Positions 38,258-48,413 of a DNA stretch of 64,000 nucleotides are shown here, piece by piece. The translations under genes and the position numbers were made by a program. Below the pieces are notes generated by a model. The model was not told the DNA's origin and made no database searches. It saw only the letters and a list, made by a program, of their open reading frames with translations. This stretch comes from Candidatus Woesebacteria bacterium RBG_16_42_24 (lineage in GTDB: Bacteria > Patescibacteriota > Microgenomatia > UBA8517): contig MGFX01000001.1 in assembly GCA_001792115.1 (NCBI GenBank), positions 304,705 through 368,704 on the forward strand. The letters are read 5' to 3'. Positions within the stretch are counted from its first letter, which is position 1, and each line of letters begins with the position of its first letter.

Positions 38258-39475
38258 ATGAAGGAGTTTCTAGAAAAAATAAAGAAATTTATGAGCACGA
38301 AGGCATTTATGATCGGGGCCTCTTTTTTGGGCTTGTATTTGCTGTCAACCGGTGTCTCTCTTGCCCTCTTTTCGTATTTAGGAGGTGAACCGGGAGTTAA
38401 TGTTGACCTTGGAGATGGACTTTCTGGTTCACGTTCAAAGATTAAGGACTTACCAAAGACAGAGGAGTGTCCAATAAACGGCGGCAAGTTTACTAAAATT
38501 GAAAAAGGAATTTGGGAAACACGCCGCCCCCTTGCAGTAATGATTGAAAACCATGCGGATTCACGCCCCGCTTCCGGAATCTCTAAAGCGGACGTAGTTT
38601 ATGAGGCAGTTGCCGAGGGTGGAATAACTCGATTTTTGGCCATTTTCTATTGTGGAGCCTCTAGCCAGGAGGTTAAAATCGCCCCCGTCAGGAGTGCACG
38701 TATCTACTTTATTCACTGGGCCCAAGAATATGGCGGGAGCCCAATATTTATGCACGTTGGGGGTGCTAATGATTTTGCCGGCTACGGAGATACGGCGAGG
38801 GATGCAAGGGCACTTGAATATTTGGAATCGATCGGCTGGAGGATTCCGAAAGGAAACGATTTTGATACAACCTACGACTCGGGCTTCCCGGTTTTTTGGA
38901 GAAACTATGAAAGACTGGGGAAAGAGGTGGCCACAGAGCATACGATGATGGCCTCATTGGATGAGGCCTACGCCCAGGCCGAGAAAAGGGGCTATGACGC
39001 TAAGGACTCGGAGGGAGATTCCTGGGATGAAAAATATGTTCCTTGGAGGTTTGCTGACGATGCCAAGAAAGACCCCGCCGAAGCGACGAAAATTTCATTC
39101 GAATTTTGGAGTAATAAGCCCGACTATAATGTGATTTGGACGTTCGATAGCTCCCAAAACGGCTACCTTAGAGAAAACGATGGTCAGAAATTTACAGATT
39201 TTGAGGATAAATCCCAAGTCTTTGCAAAGAATGTAGTTGTTATGTTCGTAAGGGAGAGGGGGCCTGTTGACAAAAACTTGCATATGCTTTATACCACAAC
39301 CGGAACGGGCGAAGCGCTCATATTTCAAAACGGAAGAGTGATAAAGGGGAGTTGGAGAAAGGATACTAAGGAAGCGAGAACTAAGTTTTTGGACGACAAG
39401 GGAGCTGAAATAAGTTTTGTTAGGGGAACAATTTGGATAGAAGCCGTTCCGGCGGGAAATGAAGTAGAGTATTAA
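38258..39475 (+). CDS. DUF3048-family secreted/lipoprotein-like protein
   Basis: 405 aa. Signal/TM, then PLAVMIENHADSRPASGISKADVVYEAVAEGGITRFLAIF, typical of DUF3048 N- and C-domains. Confidence 0.55.
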   Translation: MKEFLEKIKKFMSTKAFMIGASFLGLYLLSTGVSLALFSYLGGEPGVNVDLGDGLSGSRSKIKDLPKTEECPINGGKFTKIEKGIWETRRPLAVMIENHADSRPASGISKADVVYEAVAEGGITRFLAIFYCGASSQEVKIAPVRSARIYFIHWAQEYGGSPIFMHVGGANDFAGYGDTARDARALEYLESIGWRIPKGNDFDTTYDSGFPVFWRNYERLGKEVATEHTMMASLDEAYAQAEKRGYDAKDSEGDSWDEKYVPWRFADDAKKDPAEATKISFEFWSNKPDYNVIWTFDSSQNGYLRENDGQKFTDFEDKSQVFAKNVVVMFVRERGPVDKNLHMLYTTTGTGEALIFQNGRVIKGSWRKDTKEARTKFLDDKGAEISFVRGTIWIEAVPAGNEVEY

Positions 39476-39495
39476 TAACTGCCTGCCCCTTAATC

Positions 39496-40080
39496 ATGGC
39501 AGATCTAGGCGACATTATAACTTCAAAAGTACGGGTCAAGGTTTTGGAACTTTTTCTTTCCAACCTCAAAGAGATGTATCACGTTCGGGGAATTGTGCGC
39601 GAAATTAAAGAGGAAATTAATGCGGTTAGACGAGAGCTGGAAAGACTTGAGGGGGTTGGATTTCTTAAAAAAGAGGCCAGGGGTAATAGACTCTATTACT
39701 GGGTAAGGGACGACTATCCATTCTATGGAGATATGGTTGCGATGATCGCAAAATGTACGGGATTGGGAGTAGCGATTATTGAGAACAGAAATAAGCTAGG
39801 AAAGGTGAATTTCGTTATGTTTTCGGGAAGATTTGCAAGACGCAAGGAAAGAAGAAATGAAGACGACGTCGACGTTTTAGTTGTGGGTGAAATAATATTG
39901 CCCGAACTCGCGGCGCTGATTCGGGCGGAAGAGTCAAAGAGGAACAAAGAAATAAACTATACAGTTATGAGTAGAGAAGAATATGAGTTTAGAAAAAAGA
40001 GGCGCGATCCATTTCTTCTTAATATTCTTTCGGGGAGTAGAACGATGGTAATTGGGGATGAAGAAGAACTCATCGGCTAA
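39496..40080 (+). CDS. winged-helix transcriptional regulator fused to a small C-terminal domain
   Basis: 194 aa. wHTH-like N-terminus (VRGIVREIKEEINAVRRELERLEGVGFL), then a DVDVLVVG-containing module. Confidence 0.4.
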   Translation: MADLGDIITSKVRVKVLELFLSNLKEMYHVRGIVREIKEEINAVRRELERLEGVGFLKKEARGNRLYYWVRDDYPFYGDMVAMIAKCTGLGVAIIENRNKLGKVNFVMFSGRFARRKERRNEDDVDVLVVGEIILPELAALIRAEESKRNKEINYTVMSREEYEFRKKRRDPFLLNILSGSRTMVIGDEEELIG

Positions 40081-40091
40081 CCTCTTTTCAA

Positions 40092-41402
40092 ATGACGCCA
40101 GCCAAAAAACTACTTTTTATTTTCTTGCTTTTTTTCGCCGCCTTATTTGTCAGTCTTCCCAATAAGTTTTCCCTTTTCGGGCGGGAATTTACTCGTCCGA
40201 ATTTAGATTTCAAGGCCGGGAAGTTTGAATTAAAGAAAAATTTCGACCTCATCTACGGATTAGATTTAGCCGGGGGAAGCCACCTGGTTTTTGAGGCAGA
40301 AAGTTCTCAAATCGCCGAGGAGAAAAGGAAAACTGCCATTGAGGGTGTAAGAGACGTGATTGAGAGAAGGGTAAATCTTTTTGGAATTTCGGAGCCAAAT
40401 GTTCAAGCCTCCTCATTCGAAGGTAAAGATAGGATTATTGTTGAGCTTCCAGGAATAAAAGATACGAAAGAGGCGGCTAAGTTAATCGGGAAAACCGCCC
40501 AGCTTGTTTTTGCCGAAATCCAGGGAGAAGGAGAAAATGCAAAGCTGATGTTGGCAGATTTGACCGGTGCCGATTTAAAAAGTGCTAAGGAAATTTTTGA
40601 TAATACCACGGGTAAACCAGCAGTTTCGTTAGAATTTACCCAAGAGGGTGGAAAAAAATTCGCTACTCTGACCGAGAGAAATGTGGGCAAACAACTCCCG
40701 ATAATATTAGATAGTCAACCGTTAACGAGCCCTGTTGTTCAAGAGACAATTACCCAGGGAACTGCTCAAATTACGGGAAATTTTACTACCGACGAGGCCA
40801 AGAAACTGGCAATCCAATTAAATGCTGGAGCTCTCCCTGTTCCTATTTCTTTGGTCGAGGAGAGAACGGTTGGAGCAACACTTGGGGCAGAATCGGTTAG
40901 CCGAAGCATTAAAGCTGGCTTGGTCGGACTTTTAATGGTTCTAGTTTTTATGGTTGCCGCCTATGGAAGACTTGGACTAGTTGCCGACTTGGGACTTATT
41001 ATTTTTGGAGTCTTGACGCTAGCTCTTTATAAATTAATTCCGGTTGTACTGACTCTTCCTGGAATCGCCGGATTTTTGCTTTCAGTTGGGATGGCGGTGG
41101 ACTCCAACATCCTAATTTTTGAAAGGTTCAAAGAAGAGCGGGGTAAAAGACCCCTGGCGGATGCTTTAGAGGTTTCATTCGGTCGAGCCTGGGATTCTAT
41201 AAGGGACGCTAATATTGCGACTTTGGTTACCACCTTTATTTTAGCAAACCCTTTTGATTGGTCGTTTCTTCACACCTCGGGTCCTGTAAGGGGTTTTGCA
41301 ATTACACTTGCACTGGGAATTGGAATAAGTTTATTTACAGGAATTGTGGTTTCGAGGAATTTATTGAGGGTATTTGTTAGAGAAAATCCCAAATTTAATT
41401 AG
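40092..41402 (+). CDS. secD: protein translocase subunit SecD
   Basis: 436 aa. Periplasmic domain plus a C-terminal 6-TM bundle with the AGIAGFLLSVGMAVDSNILIFER motif. Confidence 0.9.
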   Translation: MTPAKKLLFIFLLFFAALFVSLPNKFSLFGREFTRPNLDFKAGKFELKKNFDLIYGLDLAGGSHLVFEAESSQIAEEKRKTAIEGVRDVIERRVNLFGISEPNVQASSFEGKDRIIVELPGIKDTKEAAKLIGKTAQLVFAEIQGEGENAKLMLADLTGADLKSAKEIFDNTTGKPAVSLEFTQEGGKKFATLTERNVGKQLPIILDSQPLTSPVVQETITQGTAQITGNFTTDEAKKLAIQLNAGALPVPISLVEERTVGATLGAESVSRSIKAGLVGLLMVLVFMVAAYGRLGLVADLGLIIFGVLTLALYKLIPVVLTLPGIAGFLLSVGMAVDSNILIFERFKEERGKRPLADALEVSFGRAWDSIRDANIATLVTTFILANPFDWSFLHTSGPVRGFAITLALGIGISLFTGIVVSRNLLRVFVRENPKFN

Positions 41403-41431
41403 AGTTTAGTGTTTAGAGTTTTGAATTTATT

Positions 41432-42304
41432 ATGATCGACTGGATGAAATATCGGCTAGTTTACTTTTTGATCTCGGGGATAATCATCGCCGCGGGAGTT
41501 TATGGGCTTATTGTCTGGGGATTACCCCTCGGCCTAGATTTTAAGGGAGGTGCACTCCTTGAATATAAAATTGAAAGGGAAATTTCAACAGAAGAAGCAA
41601 CACAAAAAATAGAAGAAAAAGGTATCGAGGTAACATCGGTTCAGAGGATTGGAGCGGATTCTTATCTATTTCGGTTGGGAGGCATAGATGCCGATAAAAG
41701 GGAAAGTATCAAAAATGTCCTGGGAGAGATCGGCGGGAGTGTTGAGGAGTTGAGATTTGAGAGCGTGGGCCCATCAATTGGTCCGGAACTTGTCAAAAAG
41801 ACAATCTATGCTTTGGCAATTGCCGCGATAGCTATACTTGTCTGGATAACGATTCAATTTAAGAGTTTTAAGTTCGGCGTTTCAGCGGTACTCGCCATGC
41901 TTCACGACAGTTTGGTTCTCATCGGCGTTTACGGTTTATTTGGGCATTTTTTGGGGGCGGAGGTAGACTTTCTTTTTGTAACGGCAATGTTAACAATTCT
42001 GTCTTTTTCGGTTCACGATACTATTGTTGTTTACGATAGGATCCGAGAGTCGCAAAAGAAGTTTGGCGGAAGTCTTTATGATTTGGCCAACAAGGCAGTA
42101 ACAGAGACCATGGTGAGGTCTTTAAATAATTCCTTTACTATAATATTTATGTTGATTGCACTGGTACTTCTTGGGGGAACGACAATCAAGTGGTTCGCAA
42201 TTGCCCTTCTTATCGGTACAATCTCAGGAACTTACTCCTCACCGTTTGTAGCCGTCCCGCTTCTTGTTACTTGGGATGAATTACAGAAAAGACTTAAGAG
42301 GTGA
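41432..42304 (+). CDS. secF: protein translocase subunit SecF
   Basis: 290 aa. SecF motifs (LDFKGG..., HDSLV..., DTIVVYDRIRE). Confidence 0.9.
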   Translation: MIDWMKYRLVYFLISGIIIAAGVYGLIVWGLPLGLDFKGGALLEYKIEREISTEEATQKIEEKGIEVTSVQRIGADSYLFRLGGIDADKRESIKNVLGEIGGSVEELRFESVGPSIGPELVKKTIYALAIAAIAILVWITIQFKSFKFGVSAVLAMLHDSLVLIGVYGLFGHFLGAEVDFLFVTAMLTILSFSVHDTIVVYDRIRESQKKFGGSLYDLANKAVTETMVRSLNNSFTIIFMLIALVLLGGTTIKWFAIALLIGTISGTYSSPFVAVPLLVTWDELQKRLKR

Positions 42305-42382
42305 GATTCTGTATGATAAGATGATATATCATACACAGCCTAAGTCATTATATTATTGAGATGCAGGTTTTTAGGATTAGGA

Positions 42383-43801
42383 TCAGAATTCTTTTAGGCG
42401 AGCAAGAAGTACACTTTTTTCGTTAGGAATTTTTTTCTCAACGACTTCTTCGAACAAAGTATTTAATATTTCGCCTACCTTGGGTCCGGGTTTAAGTTTT
42501 AGAGCTTTCATTACTTCATTTCCGTCTATTTTAAGGTCGACTACACTAAATGGTTGTTTTTGAACTTCGATTAGGCGCTTTTTAAACTCTTCGAGTCGCC
42601 AACTTGTTTCGGTTGCTCCACCTCCTAATCTATCCCCAACTCGAAGTTCCAGCATATCAGGAACATTTTCAATTCCCACATTTCTAATAAAACGTCTCAA
42701 TGCAGAATCAGTTTGGTCTTCACCCACGCTAAATTGATGCCAGCGAACAAGCCTTACAAATTTATCCTTTTCTTTAGTTGAAAACCTCAAGCGCTCAGCT
42801 ATATTTTCGGCGATTTTAGCCGACACCATTTCGTGGTTATAAAAGGTAATTAGACCCTCCTCACTTTTCTTATACGTTCGGGGTTTACCCACATCGTGCA
42901 TAAAAGTTGCAAAGCGAACAAGAGGATCTTCTGACTTACAAGATTTCAAAGACATTAGGGAGTGTGTGCCCACATCATAAATGTGGTGTCTTCCAGGAGA
43001 CTTTTGCTCAACCCCAAAAGTTTTTTCCATCTCGGGTAATATTTGAGCCATCAGGCTTGTTTCTCTAAAAACGAGCATCCCGTGGTATGGGTCGGGGGAA
43101 GCAAAGGTTTTAAAAAGTTCCTGCTTTACTCTCTCTTTGGCAATTTTATTAATTAAACCAGCATTTGCCTGAATCGCTTCAAGAGTTTTATCTTCGATGG
43201 AAAATCCGAGTTCAGCGGCGATTCTTATGGCTCTCATCATGCGTAATGCGTCTTCTCCAAATCTTTCATTAGGGTCGCCAACTGCGCGAATAAGTTTTGC
43301 CTCTAAATCCTTTTGTCCGTCGTAAGGATCAATTAGATCAAATTGAGAGGGCTTGCCTCTTCGAGCCTGAGCCTCAGAGCCGAAGGCCTGAGCGGAGCGA
43401 AGGGCCATTGCATTTATGGTAAAGTCCCGACGCGAAAGGTCTTCCTCAAGGCTTTTGCCCCATTCAACTCTGTCTGGTCTTCGGGAGTCGGAATAACCAA
43501 ATTCCTTCCTGAAAGTAGTTATCTCGTATGGTTTTTCGCTCGATGGGTGGGAAATACCGACTGTGCCAAAAATATTGTCGTAATAGCCTTCGGGGAAGAT
43601 TTTTAGAATTTCTTCGGGGATGGCATTGGTTGTAAAATCCCAATCTGACACAATTCGGCTGGTTAGAATATCCCGAACAGAACCTCCGACAATGTAGATT
43701 TCATATCCGGCCCCCGCAAATTTAGTAAGTATTTCGACAACAAATTCGTTGGTTTCAATTTTCATCTCGATACCATTATACTTCAGGTTGAAGGCCGACA
43801 T
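42383..43801 (-). CDS. cca: CCA-adding tRNA nucleotidyltransferase with an HD domain
   Basis: Pol-beta head (VGGSVRDILTSRIVSDWDFTT), and an HD domain (HHIYDVGTHS...HDVGK). 472 aa. Confidence 0.85.
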   Translation of the reverse strand: MSAFNLKYNGIEMKIETNEFVVEILTKFAGAGYEIYIVGGSVRDILTSRIVSDWDFTTNAIPEEILKIFPEGYYDNIFGTVGISHPSSEKPYEITTFRKEFGYSDSRRPDRVEWGKSLEEDLSRRDFTINAMALRSAQAFGSEAQARRGKPSQFDLIDPYDGQKDLEAKLIRAVGDPNERFGEDALRMMRAIRIAAELGFSIEDKTLEAIQANAGLINKIAKERVKQELFKTFASPDPYHGMLVFRETSLMAQILPEMEKTFGVEQKSPGRHHIYDVGTHSLMSLKSCKSEDPLVRFATFMHDVGKPRTYKKSEEGLITFYNHEMVSAKIAENIAERLRFSTKEKDKFVRLVRWHQFSVGEDQTDSALRRFIRNVGIENVPDMLELRVGDRLGGGATETSWRLEEFKKRLIEVQKQPFSVVDLKIDGNEVMKALKLKPGPKVGEILNTLFEEVVEKKIPNEKSVLLARLKEF

Positions 43802-45509
43802 GAATAATCAAAGGAAATGGGAGATATTAAGTAAACTCGGAAGGCCTGCCTTGCCGGCAGGCAGGCAAAAGTCAAAAGTCAAAACTGAAGAAATAATTGA
43901 TGCACTCCTCAAAAACCGCGGAATAAAAAGTTCTAAAGAGAGAAAAGAATTTTTTAATCCCCGACATCCGAAAGACCTTACTTTAAGGGAACTCGGAATA
44001 AGTAAATCCCAAGTTGTGAAGGCGATTCAAAGAATCAGGGAAGCGATTAAAAAAGAGCAAATAATTATCATTTACGGAGACTACGATGTAGATGGAATTT
44101 GCGGGACAGGTATTCTTTTTGAAACGCTCTACCTACTCCACAAAAATGTTCGTCCGCACTTGCCAGATAGGTTTTCGGAAGGCTACGGATTAAATCCGGA
44201 TTCCGTGGTCAAGCTCAAAGATAACCATTCTAAGCTTGGTGTCATAATTTGCGTTGACAACGGAATTTCAGCTTTTACTGGTGTTGCGAAGGCCAAAGAA
44301 TTAGGGATTGATGTAATTATCGTTGACCACCACTATCGAAAAAAAGGGACATTGAAAAGTTTTGCGACAGTTTATACCAAGAAAATAACTGGAGCCGAAA
44401 TTGCTTGGATATTTGCGAGGGAAGTCAGGAAAAAACTTAATATTAAGGATTCCCAGTTAACAAAAGGGAATGGATTAGAACTGGCAGCTTTGGGGACTAT
44501 TGCCGACATGCTTCCTCTTCTTGGCCCAAATCGTTCGTTTGCTTGGCATGGAATGAAGGCTTTAAGACAAACATCAAGGCTCGGCCTTTTGGCACTTTTT
44601 GAAGAGGCGAGGATTGTAAAAGAGAAAATTGTATCGTACGAAGTCAACTATATTATTTCCCCGAGATTAAATGCGGCTGGAAGACTCGAGAATGCAACCG
44701 ATTCTCTAAGACTCATTTGTACGGGCAGTAGAGAGCGTGCAAATGAGTTATCCCAGCACCTTGGGAGGGTCAACACGAGGCGCCAAGGGATACAAGAAGA
44801 TATCGTTCTTCACGCAAAAAATTTAGTTGCGGCTTCTTCGGCTGGCAAAGTCTTAGTCTTGGCGGATGAAAGTTATCACGAGGGGGTGGTTGGACTTGCG
44901 GCCGCAAAGTTGGTCGAGGAGTTTGGTAGGCCGGCGATAGTTTTCGCAAAAGGAGCGGAAATTTCAAAAGGTTCTGGCCGGTCGGTAAGCGGATTCGACC
45001 TTGTTTCTGCACTTTCAAAAGTTGGGAAGCATCTAATAAGTTGGGGAGGACACAAGGCGGCTGCAGGACTTACCATATCTACCAAGAAGATTGAAGTTTT
45101 TGCAAAGGAATTTGCAAAAGTTGCCGACCCCCTTTTAACAGATGAAGTTTTAGAAAGGAAGCTAAAAATTGACTTGGAGCTTGAATTCGCGGGTCTTACG
45201 AGGGAGTTTTTAAATATTATTAAGCAATTTGAACCAACCGGGGCGGGAAATCCTGCTCCCGATTTTGCAACTAACGGCGTAACGGTTCTTACCGCAAGAG
45301 CGGTAGGAGTTGACGGAAAACATTTGAAATTGAAACTCGAAAAAGGAGGTTTTAGTTTTGACGCAATTGCTTTTTCCCGAGGGGATCTATATCCTTTCCT
45401 TTCTCCCGACAAAAAGATTGATATTGCCTACAGCTTAGCCGAAAATACGTGGAACGGACAGACAAAAATACAATTAAAAATTAGGGATATTAAAATACCA
45501 TCTAAATGA
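43800..45509 (+). CDS. recJ: single-stranded-DNA-specific exonuclease RecJ
   Basis: DHH motif (IIIYGDYDVDGICG...DHH) and a DHHA1 domain (GGHKAAAG). Start placed at MNNQRKW to avoid overlapping cca. Confidence 0.85.
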   Translation: MNNQRKWEILSKLGRPALPAGRQKSKVKTEEIIDALLKNRGIKSSKERKEFFNPRHPKDLTLRELGISKSQVVKAIQRIREAIKKEQIIIIYGDYDVDGICGTGILFETLYLLHKNVRPHLPDRFSEGYGLNPDSVVKLKDNHSKLGVIICVDNGISAFTGVAKAKELGIDVIIVDHHYRKKGTLKSFATVYTKKITGAEIAWIFAREVRKKLNIKDSQLTKGNGLELAALGTIADMLPLLGPNRSFAWHGMKALRQTSRLGLLALFEEARIVKEKIVSYEVNYIISPRLNAAGRLENATDSLRLICTGSRERANELSQHLGRVNTRRQGIQEDIVLHAKNLVAASSAGKVLVLADESYHEGVVGLAAAKLVEEFGRPAIVFAKGAEISKGSGRSVSGFDLVSALSKVGKHLISWGGHKAAAGLTISTKKIEVFAKEFAKVADPLLTDEVLERKLKIDLELEFAGLTREFLNIIKQFEPTGAGNPAPDFATNGVTVLTARAVGVDGKHLKLKLEKGGFSFDAIAFSRGDLYPFLSPDKKIDIAYSLAENTWNGQTKIQLKIRDIKIPSK

Positions 45510-47002
45510 AAAAAATAACTGCTAGGCAGAAATTTACTAAGTTACTAACCAAGATTTTGGAAGCAAATAAAAACGTCGATACTGAGTATATTAAGAAAGC
45601 TTGGGCGTTTTGTAAGTTAGCTCACACAGGCCAAAAAAGAATGACTGGAGAGGCATTCGCTAACCATCCTTTAGAGGTTGCCTTAAGACTCGCGGATTGG
45701 AATCTGGATACGGCAACCATAATTGCCGCTCTTCTTCATGACACAATCGAAGACGGGGGTGCGACAAAAGAAGATATCATCAAGCAATTTGGCAAAGACG
45801 TTTATTTTTTAGTAAATGGCGTAACAAAAATCACCAACCTCCGCCTCAAAGGAAGCAGGGAAGCGGAATTCACCGAGAACTTGAGAGGAATGCTCCTGGT
45901 TATGGCAAAGGACCTAAGAGTTGTTCTTTTAAAACTGGCCGACAGACTCCATAATATGCAGACTCTTCATGCACTTCCCCCCGAAAAGCAGATAGAAAAC
46001 GCTCAAGAAACCTTGGAAATATATGCTCCCTTGGCCGAAAGACTGGGAATGGGAAGGATTAAGGGGGAACTTGAAGATTTGGCTTTTCCTTATGTTTACC
46101 CCGATGAATTTAAGAAAGTATCCCTCGAATCAATAAAATATTACAAAGAGGTGGAGGTACACATAGAAAAGATGAGGCGGAAAATTCTTAAAGAGTTGGC
46201 CAAGGAAAATATCAAAGCCGAAATTCATGGCAGAAAAAAACATCTGTATTCTCTTTGGCGTAAATTGACACGTCCAGAAGTTGACGGCGATTTCGAAGAA
46301 ATTCACGATATAGTTGCTCTTAGAATATTGGTTGGTACGGTTTCGCAGTGCTATAGCGCTTTGGGAATTGTTCATAGCTTCTTTAAGCCGGTTCCCCACA
46401 TCGGGATTTCGGATTTTATTGCACAACCTAAACCCAATGGTTATCGTTGCCTCCACACAAAAGTTTTCGGACCTGGCGGGAGAATTGTGGAAGTTCAGAT
46501 TAGAACCTTCCTAATGCATGAAGAAGCCGAATTTGGAGTCGCCGCCCACTGGGCCTACTCGGAACAGAAAGAAGAGTTGGCCGAAGAGGTTAGAGAAAAG
46601 GCGGGGGGTTTTGCACCTAAAGATAAACTTTCTTGGATGCGGCAGTTAGTTACTTGGCAAAAAGAGATGAGCGACTCCGAAGAATTTTTGAGGGCAGTAA
46701 AATTTGACGCCCTTAGGCACAGAAACTTTGTCTTCTCTCCCATGGGAGACGTTTATGATTTGCCGGCTGGAGCTACCCCGGTTGATTTTGCTTACGCGGT
46801 TCATACCGGGCTAGGGAATAATGCAATGGGCGCCAAAGTCGACGGGAAGATGGTGTCACTTGAATATAAATTAAAAAGCGGACAAGTCGTCGAAATTCTT
46901 AAATCCAAAAATCCCAAAGGACCCAGTCCTGACTGGCTCGTCTTTGTTACAACTCAACTTGCCAGGCGAGAAATCAACAAATATTTGAGAAGGAAAGCCT
47001 AA
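45506..47002 (+). CDS. rel: bifunctional (p)ppGpp synthetase/hydrolase Rel (HD + synthetase + TGS, no ACT domain)
   Basis: HD domain (HPLEVAL...LLHDTIEDG), synthetase domain (YRCLHTKVFGPGGRIVEVQIRTFLMHEEAEFGVAAHWAY), and a TGS segment. 498 aa. Confidence 0.85.
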   Translation: MKKITARQKFTKLLTKILEANKNVDTEYIKKAWAFCKLAHTGQKRMTGEAFANHPLEVALRLADWNLDTATIIAALLHDTIEDGGATKEDIIKQFGKDVYFLVNGVTKITNLRLKGSREAEFTENLRGMLLVMAKDLRVVLLKLADRLHNMQTLHALPPEKQIENAQETLEIYAPLAERLGMGRIKGELEDLAFPYVYPDEFKKVSLESIKYYKEVEVHIEKMRRKILKELAKENIKAEIHGRKKHLYSLWRKLTRPEVDGDFEEIHDIVALRILVGTVSQCYSALGIVHSFFKPVPHIGISDFIAQPKPNGYRCLHTKVFGPGGRIVEVQIRTFLMHEEAEFGVAAHWAYSEQKEELAEEVREKAGGFAPKDKLSWMRQLVTWQKEMSDSEEFLRAVKFDALRHRNFVFSPMGDVYDLPAGATPVDFAYAVHTGLGNNAMGAKVDGKMVSLEYKLKSGQVVEILKSKNPKGPSPDWLVFVTTQLARREINKYLRRKA

Positions 47003-47021
47003 GAGGTTAGAATTAAATTCA

Positions 47022-48413
47022 ATGGAAAGAACACTAAGCAGTGAAACACTCGAAAAAATTGACCAGAAAGTAAAACTCCTTGGTTGGGCGGCTACGATTC
47101 GCGACCACGGTAAAATTACCTTTATTGATTTAAGAGATAGAAAGGGAATCGTCCAATGCGTGGGTCAAAATTTCCCCAAAGTTACTCCCGAATCGGTAAT
47201 TGAAGTTGAAGGGACGATAGTAAAAAGGCCGGAAAATTTGGTCAATAAAAATATTCCGACAGGTGAGGTCGAAGTAAAGGTCGAAAAAATAACAGTTCTT
47301 ACTAAAAGTACTGAACTCCCAATTCCTATCGATGGTGATGGTTTGGAAATAGAAGAGCCAGCAAGGCTAAAATATCGATATTTGGATTTGAGGCGCCCGA
47401 GAATGTCTAGGAATTTAAGACTAAGGTCTAGGGCAACAATGTTTATCCGAAATTGGTTAACCGAGCGAGATTTTGTCGAAGTTGAAACTCCAATTCTTAC
47501 CAAAACCACACCCGAGGGAGCGCGAGATTTTATTGTGCCTTCCCGACTTCAGCCGGGAAAATTTTACGCCCTTCCACAATCTCCCCAACAATATAAGCAG
47601 CTATTAATGGTTGCAGGATTTGAAAGATATTTCCAAGTTGCCCGCTGTTTCAGGGATGAGGATCCTCGTGCCGATAGAGCTTATGGAGAATTTACCCAAC
47701 TCGACCTTGAAATGTCGTTTGTTACACAGGATGACATACTTAAATTGACCGAAGAGCTTTTTACCTCCCTTGTCAAAGAAGTATTTCCAGAGAAAAAAGT
47801 AAGTACATCCCCCTGGCCAAGAATTTCCCATAAAGAGGCAGAAGAAAAATACGGAAACGACAAACCGGATTTAAGGAAAGACAAAAATGACAAAAACGAA
47901 CTTGCCTTTGTCTGGATAGTAGACTTTCCGCTCTTTACCGAGCAAACAAAGGAAGATTTTTTCCATGGAGCGGGGAATGCCAAATGGGTACCATCCCACC
48001 ACATGTTTACGGCTCCCCACATAGACGACATTTCCTTACTCGATAAAGACCCGAGCAAAGTCAGGGGATTGCAGCACGATTTGGTACTTAACGGCTATGA
48101 AGTGGGCGGCGGAAGTATAAGAATTCACGATCCCGAAATTCAAAAGAAAATTTTTGACCTGATTGGTTTTACAAGCGAACAAAAGCGTGAATTTGAGCAC
48201 ATGTTGACAGCTTTCTCCTTCGGGGTCCCGCCGCATGGAGGAATCGCTCCGGGAATTGATAGACTATTAATGGTTATTTTAGGAGAGCCTAACTTAAGAG
48301 AAGTCATGGCTTTCCCGATGACTGCTGGGGGTACTACCGCGGTGATGGATGCTCCAAGCCAGCCACAAGATGCGCAACTCAAAGAACTAAATATTAAAGT
48401 AACTTCAAAATGA
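47022..48413 (+). CDS. aspS: aspartyl-tRNA synthetase, short form lacking the bacterial GAD insertion
   Basis: OB-fold N-terminus, class II motif 2 (FRDEDPRADRAYGEFTQLDLEMSF), and motif 3 (GGGSIRIHD). 463 aa. Confidence 0.9.
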   Translation: MERTLSSETLEKIDQKVKLLGWAATIRDHGKITFIDLRDRKGIVQCVGQNFPKVTPESVIEVEGTIVKRPENLVNKNIPTGEVEVKVEKITVLTKSTELPIPIDGDGLEIEEPARLKYRYLDLRRPRMSRNLRLRSRATMFIRNWLTERDFVEVETPILTKTTPEGARDFIVPSRLQPGKFYALPQSPQQYKQLLMVAGFERYFQVARCFRDEDPRADRAYGEFTQLDLEMSFVTQDDILKLTEELFTSLVKEVFPEKKVSTSPWPRISHKEAEEKYGNDKPDLRKDKNDKNELAFVWIVDFPLFTEQTKEDFFHGAGNAKWVPSHHMFTAPHIDDISLLDKDPSKVRGLQHDLVLNGYEVGGGSIRIHDPEIQKKIFDLIGFTSEQKREFEHMLTAFSFGVPPHGGIAPGIDRLLMVILGEPNLREVMAFPMTAGGTTAVMDAPSQPQDAQLKELNIKVTSK

